A stretch of DNA of 64,000 bases from Promethearchaeota archaeon (lineage in GTDB: Archaea; Asgardarchaeota; Lokiarchaeia; Sigyniarchaeales; SOKP01): positions 1 through 64,000 of the forward strand of contig JAUVXW010000013.1 of NCBI GenBank assembly GCA_030603385.1, read 5' to 3'. The notes under the pieces were generated by a model. That model was not told where the DNA came from, ran no database searches, and saw only the letters and a list, made by a program, of their open reading frames with translations. Shown piece after piece: positions 39,621-49,018 of the stretch; position 1 is the first letter of the stretch, and each line of letters starts with the position of its first letter. Both the position numbers and the translations under genes were made by a program.

Positions 39621-40655
39621 ATGGTTATAGAAACGAATGTTACCAAGATGTTGGGCATTAAACACCCAATTTTAAGTGCCCCAATGGGTCCATTTTATAC
39701 TACTAAGTTAACAGTCGCAGTATCGGAAGCTGGTGGTTTAGGTGTTTTAAGTCATATAAATTTAACTGGGAAAAATAGTTTGGATGAATTAAAAAAGGCT
39801 ATGGAATACGTTGTTGAACACACAGAGAAAAATTTTGGTTTTAATATTAGAACTGCAAGATTACAACCCGATGCAATAAAGTTATGTAGACAAATTCCAA
39901 GGTTTATCATGGAAAATCCAAAAATAAAAGAGCAATGCACGTACTTGATTACCAGTGCTGGTTCTCCAAGATTGATATATAATAAACACTTTGAAAAATT
40001 AAAAGAAAGCGGTTCAAACATCAAACATTTCCATGTCGCGCCTTCATTATATCTTGCTGAAAAGTGCGTAAATAGTGGTGTCGATGGGCTGGTTATTACT
40101 GGAAGTGAAGGTGGAGGGCACCAATCATATGAAAATATAAGCACATTAGTCCTATTACAACGAATTAGAAAGAAATTACCAGATGTCCCTATAATTGCGT
40201 GTGGAGGATATGCTACTGGTGAAGGTCTCGCTTCTGCTTTATCTATGGGAGTGGGTGCTATTGCGATGGGTTCAAGATTTATTTCATCAAAAGAGTGTCA
40301 ATTTCATGATAATATTAAAAATGTTATTATAAAATCAGAAGCATCTGATACTGAGTTAGTTACAGGTGTTTTTGGGCCTATAAGGGTCCTAATAAATGAA
40401 TTTTCCCAAAAACATGGGCTTGTTTCTAATAAAGCAGAGAAATTATCTGAAGAAACTTTAGCTTCAGAGATAGTTGATGAAGTAAAGCACTTGGAAATGT
40501 CTTACGAAGGAAACATCAAAGATGGCGCTGTTCTTTTAGGACAAAGTATTGGAATTATAGAAAATGTAGAAGGTGTATCAGATATTATTAATTCGATAGT
40601 CAATGATGCTGAAAAATGTTTAACAACTGCTTTTAACAACATATTGAACAAATAG
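39621..40655 (+). CDS. Nitronate monooxygenase / FabK-like FMN oxidoreductase, copy 2
   Basis: Close paralog of 38229-39281 with the same motifs. Confidence 0.9.
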   Translation: MVIETNVTKMLGIKHPILSAPMGPFYTTKLTVAVSEAGGLGVLSHINLTGKNSLDELKKAMEYVVEHTEKNFGFNIRTARLQPDAIKLCRQIPRFIMENPKIKEQCTYLITSAGSPRLIYNKHFEKLKESGSNIKHFHVAPSLYLAEKCVNSGVDGLVITGSEGGGHQSYENISTLVLLQRIRKKLPDVPIIACGGYATGEGLASALSMGVGAIAMGSRFISSKECQFHDNIKNVIIKSEASDTELVTGVFGPIRVLINEFSQKHGLVSNKAEKLSEETLASEIVDEVKHLEMSYEGNIKDGAVLLGQSIGIIENVEGVSDIINSIVNDAEKCLTTAFNNILNK

Positions 40656-40943
40656 GTTAATAATCATTTTTATTGTATTCTTCTCTTTTTTATTAAATTT
40701 TTTTATTCAGGCAACCATCTACTTGATTTTTTTAGGGTATTAATATATAATCATCAAATTTTAAGGGAAATTATCCCCCTAATAAGGTTATTTTGAAGTA
40801 AATAAATTCTAGAATAAAAGTTTAAAAATCAATTGTCCCATAAGTTATGTGAAAATCATTCAGAGTTACAGTTTCTTAACATTTATAAACTCAGCAAGAA
40901 TATCCAAAAATTATCTAAATAACAAATTAATAACCAGGTCAAA

Positions 40944-41369
40944 ATGATCCAAGAGTTAATGATTATTAATAAGGCAGGTATAGCTTTATTTTATCATAAT
41001 TTTGTAGATGTAAATAATTTCGATGATCAACAATCATTAGCAAGTTATTTTGATATTATTTGTCGTTTTACAAAAAACAGTTTTAAAGAAAGTTTAAGAA
41101 TGTTAACTTTGGATAGCGTTATATTTTTCTTTTATACTCATAAATCTAATTATCACTTAGTTTTAAAATGTTTGAATAAAGAAATTAACAGAAAATTGTT
41201 AGAAGATGCTGCTGAAAGTATAATCGAAAGTTTTTTTAAAAAATATAGTGAGAAATTAAAAGATTTCAACGGAGAAGTCTCTCATTTCAAATCATTTGCG
41301 AAAATTGTTCAGGATATTGTCTCAACAAAATTAACAGATTTTAAGGAGGCTATTTCTGTAGAACACTGA
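40944..41369 (+). CDS. Longin-like domain protein
   Basis: MIQELMIINKAGIALFYHNF opening strands and FFKKY...FNGEVSHFKSF closing helix typical of Asgard longin-like proteins. Confidence 0.75.
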   Translation: MIQELMIINKAGIALFYHNFVDVNNFDDQQSLASYFDIICRFTKNSFKESLRMLTLDSVIFFFYTHKSNYHLVLKCLNKEINRKLLEDAAESIIESFFKKYSEKLKDFNGEVSHFKSFAKIVQDIVSTKLTDFKEAISVEH

Positions 41370-41486
41370 GGATAATATTAAATTATATGGAAAAAGATAA
41401 AAAAAAAAAATAAGAGAGAAAAATTAAAAGATGATTTAATGGAATTCTATATTATCAAAAGTTAGTTAATCTTTTGATCTATAGTC

Positions 41487-42785
41487 CTAAATTTCTTTGA
41501 GATGGTTTAATATTAAATCCCTTTTTTCATTAATTACAAAGATATATGGTAATTCTTTCATGGATCTCGGTACTATTTCAGTTTCGAATAAATCAGTAAA
41601 TCTATAAGTTTCATCATCGATCAAAATGTAAATATGGCTGGATTCACCAGGATTAAATGGCTTATACTTAGCAATCACAACATATAATTCATCCTCATTT
41701 AAAGAGAGTTGTGATTTTAATTTTTTCTCAAGGTCAAATTTTGCTTGAGCTAAAATATTATCTTGCTGATCTGGAGTTAAAATGTTTTTAAATTCAAAAG
41801 GTGTTTTCCAAAGTGGTTTTAAGTATTGTCTATTAAGAATTTGGTCAAAAAGCTTTTTTGTATGTTCATCCTTATTTTTATGTAATTTAAATAACGATAT
41901 TATATCATTATCATCAATATGATCTTCATTGATTGCTTTAAAAGAAAAATAATTGCTTTTAACACTAACATCTAATTCAATTAAATATTCAATAAAGCGT
42001 TGGATTAAACTGGTATAATAAGTGACTACATGGTGATTGTAAACCCATCTAAACATGGCATTTCTTCCATATATTAAATTAGAAATAACACTAAGTGATT
42101 TAGAAGATAGTACTAATCTTTTATTGTGAATTACATAAGATTGAACTATTCTATCTGTATCTAAATTTATCCCATAAAATCCAGTCATTTTACTATCTCG
42201 TAGAATATAATCTAACTTGTCAACATCAATATAGGAATTTAATAGACTAATAAGTGGATTAAATTCACTCCCTTCTAAATCCCTCTCATATTCAACTCCT
42301 AAAATCATTCTACAAAATAGTTCTTTATCAATTTTCAATTTGGTAAATTCATCGTCAAAATTTCCTAACGCTACGATGCAACTCATCAGCTCATGAGGAG
42401 CAGATGTTAAATTATCAACATCAAAAGAAAATTGGTGTTCTTTTAATTTACTTTTACACTCATCTTCATCAAAAAAATCCTCGGTTGCATGGGAAAAAGG
42501 AGCATGTCCAATATCATGAAGTAGACAAGCATATTTTACAGTATTATCGAGATTAATATTATCTCTCGTAGGAAACTCCGAATTGATTAAACCAAAGATT
42601 TTAAACCCCAAATGCATAACACCTATCGAGTGTTCAAATCGGGAGTGTGTGGCATTAGGGTAAACTACATGAACGGATGTTTGTTTAATTCTTTTCAATC
42701 TTTGGAATAGTGGTGTATCAATAAATAAGAGATCATTCTCGTTTATCGATATATAACCGTGCGTTAAGTCTCTTATTATTTTCAT
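41487..42785 (-). CDS. HD-domain phosphohydrolase, SAMHD1/YwfO-like dNTP triphosphohydrolase
   Basis: RDLTHGYI, FQRLKRIKQ, YPNATHSRFEHSIG, LLHDIGHAPFSHATE, HE, DVDKLDYILRD, VYNH. Confidence 0.9.
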   Translation of the reverse strand: MKIIRDLTHGYISINENDLLFIDTPLFQRLKRIKQTSVHVVYPNATHSRFEHSIGVMHLGFKIFGLINSEFPTRDNINLDNTVKYACLLHDIGHAPFSHATEDFFDEDECKSKLKEHQFSFDVDNLTSAPHELMSCIVALGNFDDEFTKLKIDKELFCRMILGVEYERDLEGSEFNPLISLLNSYIDVDKLDYILRDSKMTGFYGINLDTDRIVQSYVIHNKRLVLSSKSLSVISNLIYGRNAMFRWVYNHHVVTYYTSLIQRFIEYLIELDVSVKSNYFSFKAINEDHIDDNDIISLFKLHKNKDEHTKKLFDQILNRQYLKPLWKTPFEFKNILTPDQQDNILAQAKFDLEKKLKSQLSLNEDELYVVIAKYKPFNPGESSHIYILIDDETYRFTDLFETEIVPRSMKELPYIFVINEKRDLILNHLKEI

Positions 42786-43213
42786 TATTCAGACAAACTG
42801 TCAATTGTAGAATTAATGGTTTCTCTTAGAATCATCTTGGTCTGGTTTGAAAGGCTTTGATTAATTTCAGAATCCAATTTTTCCTTACAAAATAGAATTC
42901 TCGCTTTTTCAGTAAACTCTACTAGAATTTTATTTTCCTCAACACTTTTTTGATTTATAAAACCGTTTGAAATCCAATACCATAACTCATTAGATATTGT
43001 TTCTCCTCTTATATTCCCATCTTTCCTACACCCATGAAAGACAATATTTCCAATTACTTTTTTCTTATTTAAAGAAATAAAAATCTCATCTAAAGCAAGT
43101 AATAATTTGTCATAATCTTGTCTTCCCCCTACAAGACATAGATAATTTAGAAGTAATTGTGATGCATTTATAAATTTATTTTCAGATGGCATACTATTAT
43201 TTAATTCATTCAT
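42785..43213 (-). CDS. Small winged-helix-like protein translationally coupled to the HD gene
   Basis: TAATG stop/start overlap at 42783-42787; ISNELWYWISNGFI...VEFTEKA wHTH-like pattern. Confidence 0.65.
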   Translation of the reverse strand: MNELNNSMPSENKFINASQLLLNYLCLVGGRQDYDKLLLALDEIFISLNKKKVIGNIVFHGCRKDGNIRGETISNELWYWISNGFINQKSVEENKILVEFTEKARILFCKEKLDSEINQSLSNQTKMILRETINSTIDSLSE

Positions 43214-43731
43214 AGATCCTCAATTTTTTTAATAATTTCCATTATTAATATAAGTGCACAATGTTTCTATTAAATTTTATTACATATTTCTTTGTTCATG
43301 AGAGAATATTTTCTAATTAACAACTAAAGAAGTTAAATTGGACTCCTTTTATTATGATATATATTATGTTCTTTATTCAAAAATAGTATAAAAATGATAT
43401 AACACATATTATTTATTAAATTCACCTAATTAGTGAAACAAATTAGAAGCTATTTTTTTTTTCTATAAAAAAAATCCTATTCAATATAGGATTAGAGGTA
43501 TTCTTTTTATTTTTATATTCATAACCCTAACTTATTTTAATTCAATATATCTGAACTCATAGCATATTTGTATGATTTCGTTGTTGTACTAGTGAAAAAA
43601 ATAATAGAATTACGCTTTTAGTTCAAGAACCTTAGTTTTAAATTCTCCCTACTTTTTCAATAACCCATTTCAAGAAAATTTAAAATGTTTTTAGTTACAA
43701 ATTTCTTGCTTATGAAATGTCTAATATCAAT

Positions 43732-45288
43732 TTAAAAAAAGATAAAATCTAGATCCTCAGATTCACAAAACCTATTTAGCTTTCCGGGAAGGTCATTGTT
43801 AGATAAATCGATGTATTGTAATGAATTAAGCTCTTTTTGCTCCTTGAACTTAATAATTTGATTATTTTCTAAGCTAACTCCTTGTAATCTCCTTAGCCCA
43901 TCTAATCCTTCCAGAATAGTGATCTTATTATTTTTAAGTCGAAGGTATCTTAAATCATGTAATAATTTTAAACCTTTTATTTTTGTTATTTGATTATAGC
44001 TTAAGTCTAAATCATTTAGATTCTTAAGCGTTTCCAACCCTTTAATCTCTGTAATGCGATTTTTCTCCAATCTTAAACTTTGTAAGTTCTCAAGATATGC
44101 CAATCCTTCAATATTATAGATGCCGTTCTTGTTTAGATTTAACCCCTGTAATTTATGTAAATTACTCAATCCTGTGATTCTTTCAATATTATTATAACTT
44201 AAAATTAATCGTTCCAAATTTTTTAAATTTTCTAAACCTTTAATTTTATGAATAGAATTGAAATAAATATCTAATTTTTTTAGGTTTTGAAGATAATCAA
44301 GCCCTTTAATTTCATTAATTTTATTACTTGCAAGATATAACTCCTCCAAGTTTTTTAAATTCTCAAGTCCAGAAATCTCTTCGATCTTATTAGATGATAA
44401 ATTAAGGAACTTCAAGTTTGTTAATGCGCTTAATCCATTTATAGCCTTGATTTTATTTCGATCTAAATTCAACCTTTCCAAGCTTTTTAGATTCTCAAGA
44501 TTATCAATAAAAGTTAGTGATTCTTGTGAAATATTTAATCCTTTTAATCCGGAAAGCTTACTCAGACCTTTTATATCGCTTATTCTCTCAACATTCTTAA
44601 CAGTTAGTGTTCCATTTTTCATGAAAGCCTTTTTTCCCTTGCACAAGACATATTGATAATTCAATAATTCTTTTTCGGGGCACATTACTTGCATATAATC
44701 AAATAACTTATCCTTCATTTCATAAAGTGTTTTTGTGTTGTTGAATTTCTCAATGAAAAAGTCTTTGATCCTATCTTTTTCGTCTAAAGCTAAGTTCTGA
44801 AAAAGGGAATGGAATTCTTCATGAGTCAAAAAATTATAATACTTCTCTTCTAATAAAAATTGAATTGTGCTCCAGTTTTTGCTTGATAATTTTTTCGCAA
44901 TCTCTTCTTTAAAAACTTTTTTGGCTAATGGGTCTCCTACTTCTGTTAATTTTTTTAGTAATGGGAAGGCAAGGTTTGAATGTATAAGGTTTGTATTATA
45001 ATCTTCCTCGTACCACACTTGAAGATTACTGCTATGTCCCAAAAACTCTAATTCAGGTGAGATTCTCTTTGATTTATTATTGTAAGAAGGATCTAAAGAC
45101 ATATCGAGTTTTACAGCAACTTCATCAATAGATCCAACGTCGTCTAAAAGGTAGATCTCGTCTACAGAAATATCCAATAATAAAAATTTACATTGGTCAA
45201 ATCTCTCCCCGTTTACATATATGATAGTTTCTTTTCCTTCAAGCTTTAAGGCAATATATTCATTTACCTTGAACTCTTTAGTATCCAT
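43732..45288 (-). CDS. SDS22-type LRR protein with uncharacterised N-terminal domain
   Basis: About 11 repeats of LxxLxLxxNxIxxIxGLxxL; N-terminal EFKVNEYIALKLE...GHSSNLQVW...LAFPLLKKL..GDP.AK..FKEEIA. Confidence 0.9.
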   Translation of the reverse strand: MDTKEFKVNEYIALKLEGKETIIYVNGERFDQCKFLLLDISVDEIYLLDDVGSIDEVAVKLDMSLDPSYNNKSKRISPELEFLGHSSNLQVWYEEDYNTNLIHSNLAFPLLKKLTEVGDPLAKKVFKEEIAKKLSSKNWSTIQFLLEEKYYNFLTHEEFHSLFQNLALDEKDRIKDFFIEKFNNTKTLYEMKDKLFDYMQVMCPEKELLNYQYVLCKGKKAFMKNGTLTVKNVERISDIKGLSKLSGLKGLNISQESLTFIDNLENLKSLERLNLDRNKIKAINGLSALTNLKFLNLSSNKIEEISGLENLKNLEELYLASNKINEIKGLDYLQNLKKLDIYFNSIHKIKGLENLKNLERLILSYNNIERITGLSNLHKLQGLNLNKNGIYNIEGLAYLENLQSLRLEKNRITEIKGLETLKNLNDLDLSYNQITKIKGLKLLHDLRYLRLKNNKITILEGLDGLRRLQGVSLENNQIIKFKEQKELNSLQYIDLSNNDLPGKLNRFCESEDLDFIFF

Positions 45289-45381
45289 TACTATTATAAT
45301 TATATATCTCCCTTTTAAATCTTAGGTGGATAATAATTTTTTAAACCACTTTAATTGGTTATGTTATCATGACAATAGTTC

Positions 45382-45470
45382 AAAAAAAAAGAATATTAAT
45401 TATGGGAAAATAACGTCAAGGTTCTTTCCCGTTTTTACCCGGTGTCCCGAATATCTCTTATGAGATCGCT
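45382..45470 (-). other. Structured 3' UTR and U-tract terminator of the ubiquitin-like gene
   Basis: Minus-strand hairpins AUCUC-AUAA-GAGAU, UCGG-GACA-CCGG, GGGAAA-N15-UUUCCC, then U9. Confidence 0.45.
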
Positions 45471-45473
45471 TAA

Positions 45474-45731
45474 TTACAGGAATCCGCCTGCTTGCGTAGC
45501 CATTACTGTTATAACGTCTTTCTTTGGATGAATTCCTATTTTAGTGAATTTTAATTGATCAGGTAATACTTTTCCTTTAAATATGAATTGTATAGCTAGG
45601 ATAGGGTTCAACTTATATTCACGTTGTACAGTTTTCTTAATCTCTGCTATTGAATTATTAGGATCAAGTTCAATTAGTTTAATTGCTTGATCAGGGGGTA
45701 CACCAGTAAGTCTAAATCTATATTGAGTCAT
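45474..45731 (-). CDS. Ubiquitin/SUMO-like protein with di-Gly and two-residue pro-extension
   Basis: 85 aa beta-grasp pattern: SIAEIKKTV, FIFKGKVLPD (cf. ubiquitin LIFAGKQLED), ITVMATQAGG-FL. Confidence 0.85.
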   Translation of the reverse strand: MTQYRFRLTGVPPDQAIKLIELDPNNSIAEIKKTVQREYKLNPILAIQFIFKGKVLPDQLKFTKIGIHPKKDVITVMATQAGGFL

Positions 45732-45882
45732 TTTAAATCATAACTTTTTTTTTAATTAATTCTTTCTATATATTATTAAAAAGATATTGGGTAATTTTCT
45801 ACTTAAGGTCTTTGGTATTTTTTTGTTGACTCTGGTATACTTAAATCAATGTTAAATGTTTAATATTATCAATGGACATTTT

Positions 45883-46077
45883 TTAGTCTTTTTTAAATCG
45901 AAAAGGTTCTAGTGGAGGCCCTGGTGGACCAGGTGGAGATGGAATGGGTCCAGGTTGTGGGCGTGGTGGAAAGCGTCCTAATCTACTTTCTATATAGGAT
46001 ATACGTTGTTCTAATTTATTTAATCTCTCTTCAATCACCTTTATTCTCTTTAATATGTTTGGATCTTCAATCGACAT
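45883..46077 (-). CDS. Small coiled-coil protein with proline-rich tail
   Basis: ILKRIKVIEERLNKLEQRISYIESRL heptads then FPPRPQPGPIPSPPGPPGPP. Confidence 0.75.
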   Translation of the reverse strand: MSIEDPNILKRIKVIEERLNKLEQRISYIESRLGRFPPRPQPGPIPSPPGPPGPPLEPFRFKKD

Positions 46078-46214
46078 TTGCAATAAAATTCTTAAATAAT
46101 TATGATTACTATATCAAGTTTTAAAATTAATTCCTAAGTTATTAAAATTTTATGTTAGATTAATTTTTAAACAAAATATACTCAATTTAATGCGATTAGT
46201 ATTTCACCAGTTTT

Positions 46215-46261
46215 TTAGTATAAGTATAATAAAAAAGTATACTTTTTTATAGTTATACTAA
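46215..46261. promoter_or_regulatory. Long inverted repeat (operator candidate) between divergent genes
   Basis: Perfect 22-bp palindrome ATAAAAAAGTATACTTTTTTAT (46229-46250) flanked by TTAGTATAA / TTATACTAA arms. Confidence 0.65.
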
Positions 46262-46273
46262 TATTATATTATT

Positions 46274-47383
46274 ATGGAAACCTGGAACATTTCAAAAAAA
46301 TTAAAGAGTGAGCTATTAAAAAAATCTAGCAATATCGAGGATAATAGTAGGAGAATATTATTTATTCTTAGAAATTTAGGTCCACAAAGATTCACTAATT
46401 TAATAAAATATTCAAATTTAAGCAGATCGACCGTATCTAAATATCTTAATTTTCATAGAAAAAATAAAAACGTAGAACAAAGATTATTTACAGATAAACA
46501 AACAAATAAGCAATATCGTGGTTACGTGATTACTGAAAGGGGCATCGAAAAACTTGGAGAAGGACCTTTAAAATTAAAAGATGAGTTATTTTTAGTTAAT
46601 GAATTAAAAGAAAATGTCAGAAAACTCGAAGATCTAATAGATTTTTATAAGGAAATAAATGTAGTAGATGCATTTATAATCCATATAGTAAGAATTATAT
46701 CTAAAATAGGTGATAATTTTTTTGAGCTACAGCAAGATAGAGATCTGTATTTATCACTTTTTTACATCTTTTATAACTCGATCTTAGGACAAGGTGCTTT
46801 TGCAAGAATTTATTGGCATTTTGATAAGTCTAGTTCTCAAAAATTTGTTGGCTATAAATTAAATTTAGATCAATTTTGTGAAGTTTATAAGGTTTCAAGA
46901 GAGGCAATTAATTATTTAGCTAGGTCTAAGTTGATAAAGAGTAATTTTGGGTTTTATTTAATTCAAAGAGAAGATACAGATTTCTTTTTTCACGAGGAAG
47001 ATTTGTTGGGAACAACAACTCTTAGGCTCATTAAAGACAAATTAATTGATGAGATCATTAATCTTCAAGAAGGCATTTACGATATGATTTATGATTTAGA
47101 CATTATGGCTGAAGAAATTACAAACCAATTAAAAGAAATGGGTTTAATATGGGATGCAATTCAAGCACAATTTCAGTTATTGGTCTTAAATCAAATTATT
47201 AAGAACGCAATAGAAATGGGTTTTTTAGATATAGAAAGAGAAAAATTAATGGAAGGAATTACCCAATCAAAAAAATTGTTAATGTCTAAAGAAGGTAAAA
47301 TGCTTAAGAAATCCATTTTTAATGGCTTTAATATTGATTTAAATTTGAATACCCTTACTTTAACGTCAAATCAAGAATCTTAA
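46274..47383 (+). CDS. Winged-helix (MarR/ArsR-like) regulator with large helical C-terminal region
   Basis: ILFILRNLGPQRFTNLIKYSNLSRSTVSKYL...YVITERG. Confidence 0.75.
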   Translation: METWNISKKLKSELLKKSSNIEDNSRRILFILRNLGPQRFTNLIKYSNLSRSTVSKYLNFHRKNKNVEQRLFTDKQTNKQYRGYVITERGIEKLGEGPLKLKDELFLVNELKENVRKLEDLIDFYKEINVVDAFIIHIVRIISKIGDNFFELQQDRDLYLSLFYIFYNSILGQGAFARIYWHFDKSSSQKFVGYKLNLDQFCEVYKVSREAINYLARSKLIKSNFGFYLIQREDTDFFFHEEDLLGTTTLRLIKDKLIDEIINLQEGIYDMIYDLDIMAEEITNQLKEMGLIWDAIQAQFQLLVLNQIIKNAIEMGFLDIEREKLMEGITQSKKLLMSKEGKMLKKSIFNGFNIDLNLNTLTLTSNQES

Positions 47384-47462
47384 CGACTGTGGTATTTTAA
47401 AAGGATTGGGATTTTAATTAAATACATCTTCAAACCAACAAAAATCCTAACTCGTTTGGAAT

Positions 47463-48983
47463 ATGCTTGAATTTCAATTATATGGTGTGTTAATTATCCC
47501 ATTAGTTATCTTTTTCATAGCGATTAGACAATTAAATCAAAAAAAAGAATTTAAAATTAACCAATATCTCAAATTAAAACTTGAGGGCGGAAGAACTAAT
47601 GTATATGTAAATAATCGACGATTTATGCAATGTATGTACCTGTTATTAAATATTGCCGTTGATAGAATTGAGGAATATGATGAGATTGGATCAATCGATG
47701 AAGCTGCTGTAAAATTAGATCGTTCTATGGAAAGAAATCATCGTAAAGTTCCACCAGAAACAGAATTTTGGGGGCATTGTTCTAATATACAAGCTTGGGC
47801 TGACAATGAATATGATACAAGAATTCTTCATCGAAATATAGCTTTCCCTTTACTAAAAGCACTTGTTGATGCGGGAGATCCTATTGCTAAACGAAAATTT
47901 AAAGAAGAAATTGCGTTAAGATATGCAACAGGACACCCTACTGTTATTAGATTCTTAACCCAAAATGGTTATTTACATTACTTAACCGAAGATGAATTTG
48001 AAAGTCTGTTAATTGATATAGACTTTCCAAGTATTGATGAATATTCCAGAAAAATCATACCAAAACTAGATAAAGCTTTAGATCCTGAATCTATCAAACT
48101 AATAAGACAACATACTTCTACCTTCATAAATAAATTTCGATTTAAATATAAATATCTAATTTTATTGAAGGTTTTAGAGAAAGTGCCGGATAAAAGACAA
48201 GAGTTTGTAGAAATTATTTATAATAAATATAAGAATGTTAGAAGCTTTCCTATACTTAAATTTTTGAATAAGGCTCAAATCAATTTCAACAAATTGGACC
48301 TTAAAATTATTTCTTATAATGAAAGATTAATTGGTCTAATTTTAGATTCAAAAACTAACTTAAAAAACAAAATGATTGAAAAAATAGAAGATATCAAAGG
48401 ATTTGAAGAATTTTCTGAAGATATTGAAGAAATAGATTTGAGTAATAATAGGATAAATAAAATAATAGGACTTGAGAATCTTAAAAACCTAAAGAAATTA
48501 TATTTAAAAAACAACTACATTGAAAAAATCGAAGGGTTGGAAAACCTAACTAATTTGGAATTTTTAGATCTTTCGGGAAATATTAATATCGAAGAAATTC
48601 CGGAATGTTTAAATAAATTATCTAGCCTAAAAACTGTTAAATTAACAGGATGTAGAATTGGAAAATTCTCTGAATCAACATCACGATTTTTTTGGATGGG
48701 ACAAAATTTTAGATATTTTACAAAATATACAAGCGAAGACATTAAATATTATGAAGAAACTCATGCTTCAAGGGCAGGAGTTAATGGAAGACTTTATAAA
48801 AATTTTGTGAAATGGTTATTTAAAATAAGGAAAATGATGAAGAAATGTAATTTCAATTATGACGATATCAAAAATTTCGAAAAGAAAACCAATTTACAAG
48901 CAATTTATTCCGGAAAACCAACAAAAACTTTCTTGAAGCACCTTGATGACAAAAAACAAATAAGAATAACAAAATTTATGTAA
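47463..48983 (+). CDS. LRR protein with N-terminal TM segment and the same uncharacterised domain as 43732-45288
   Basis: LYGVLIIPLVIFFIAI; EFKINQYLKLKLE...EFWGHCSNIQAW...IAFPLLKAL..GDP.AK..FKEEIA; about 4 LRRs. Confidence 0.88.
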   Translation: MLEFQLYGVLIIPLVIFFIAIRQLNQKKEFKINQYLKLKLEGGRTNVYVNNRRFMQCMYLLLNIAVDRIEEYDEIGSIDEAAVKLDRSMERNHRKVPPETEFWGHCSNIQAWADNEYDTRILHRNIAFPLLKALVDAGDPIAKRKFKEEIALRYATGHPTVIRFLTQNGYLHYLTEDEFESLLIDIDFPSIDEYSRKIIPKLDKALDPESIKLIRQHTSTFINKFRFKYKYLILLKVLEKVPDKRQEFVEIIYNKYKNVRSFPILKFLNKAQINFNKLDLKIISYNERLIGLILDSKTNLKNKMIEKIEDIKGFEEFSEDIEEIDLSNNRINKIIGLENLKNLKKLYLKNNYIEKIEGLENLTNLEFLDLSGNINIEEIPECLNKLSSLKTVKLTGCRIGKFSESTSRFFWMGQNFRYFTKYTSEDIKYYEETHASRAGVNGRLYKNFVKWLFKIRKMMKKCNFNYDDIKNFEKKTNLQAIYSGKPTKTFLKHLDDKKQIRITKFM

Positions 48984-49018
48984 AAAATAAATTTTCTATT
49001 CTTTCCATAACATTTCCT

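Noticed and set aside
45474-45731. Calling the Ubl UFM1, or bona fide ubiquitin
   Set aside because: UFM1 ends in a single Gly (VG) and lacks the FxGKxL motif; identity to ubiquitin is low, so only Ubl is supported
41400-49000. Integrated mobile element or provirus around the HD/LRR region
   Set aside because: No integrase, transposase, terminal repeats, tRNA target or viral genes visible
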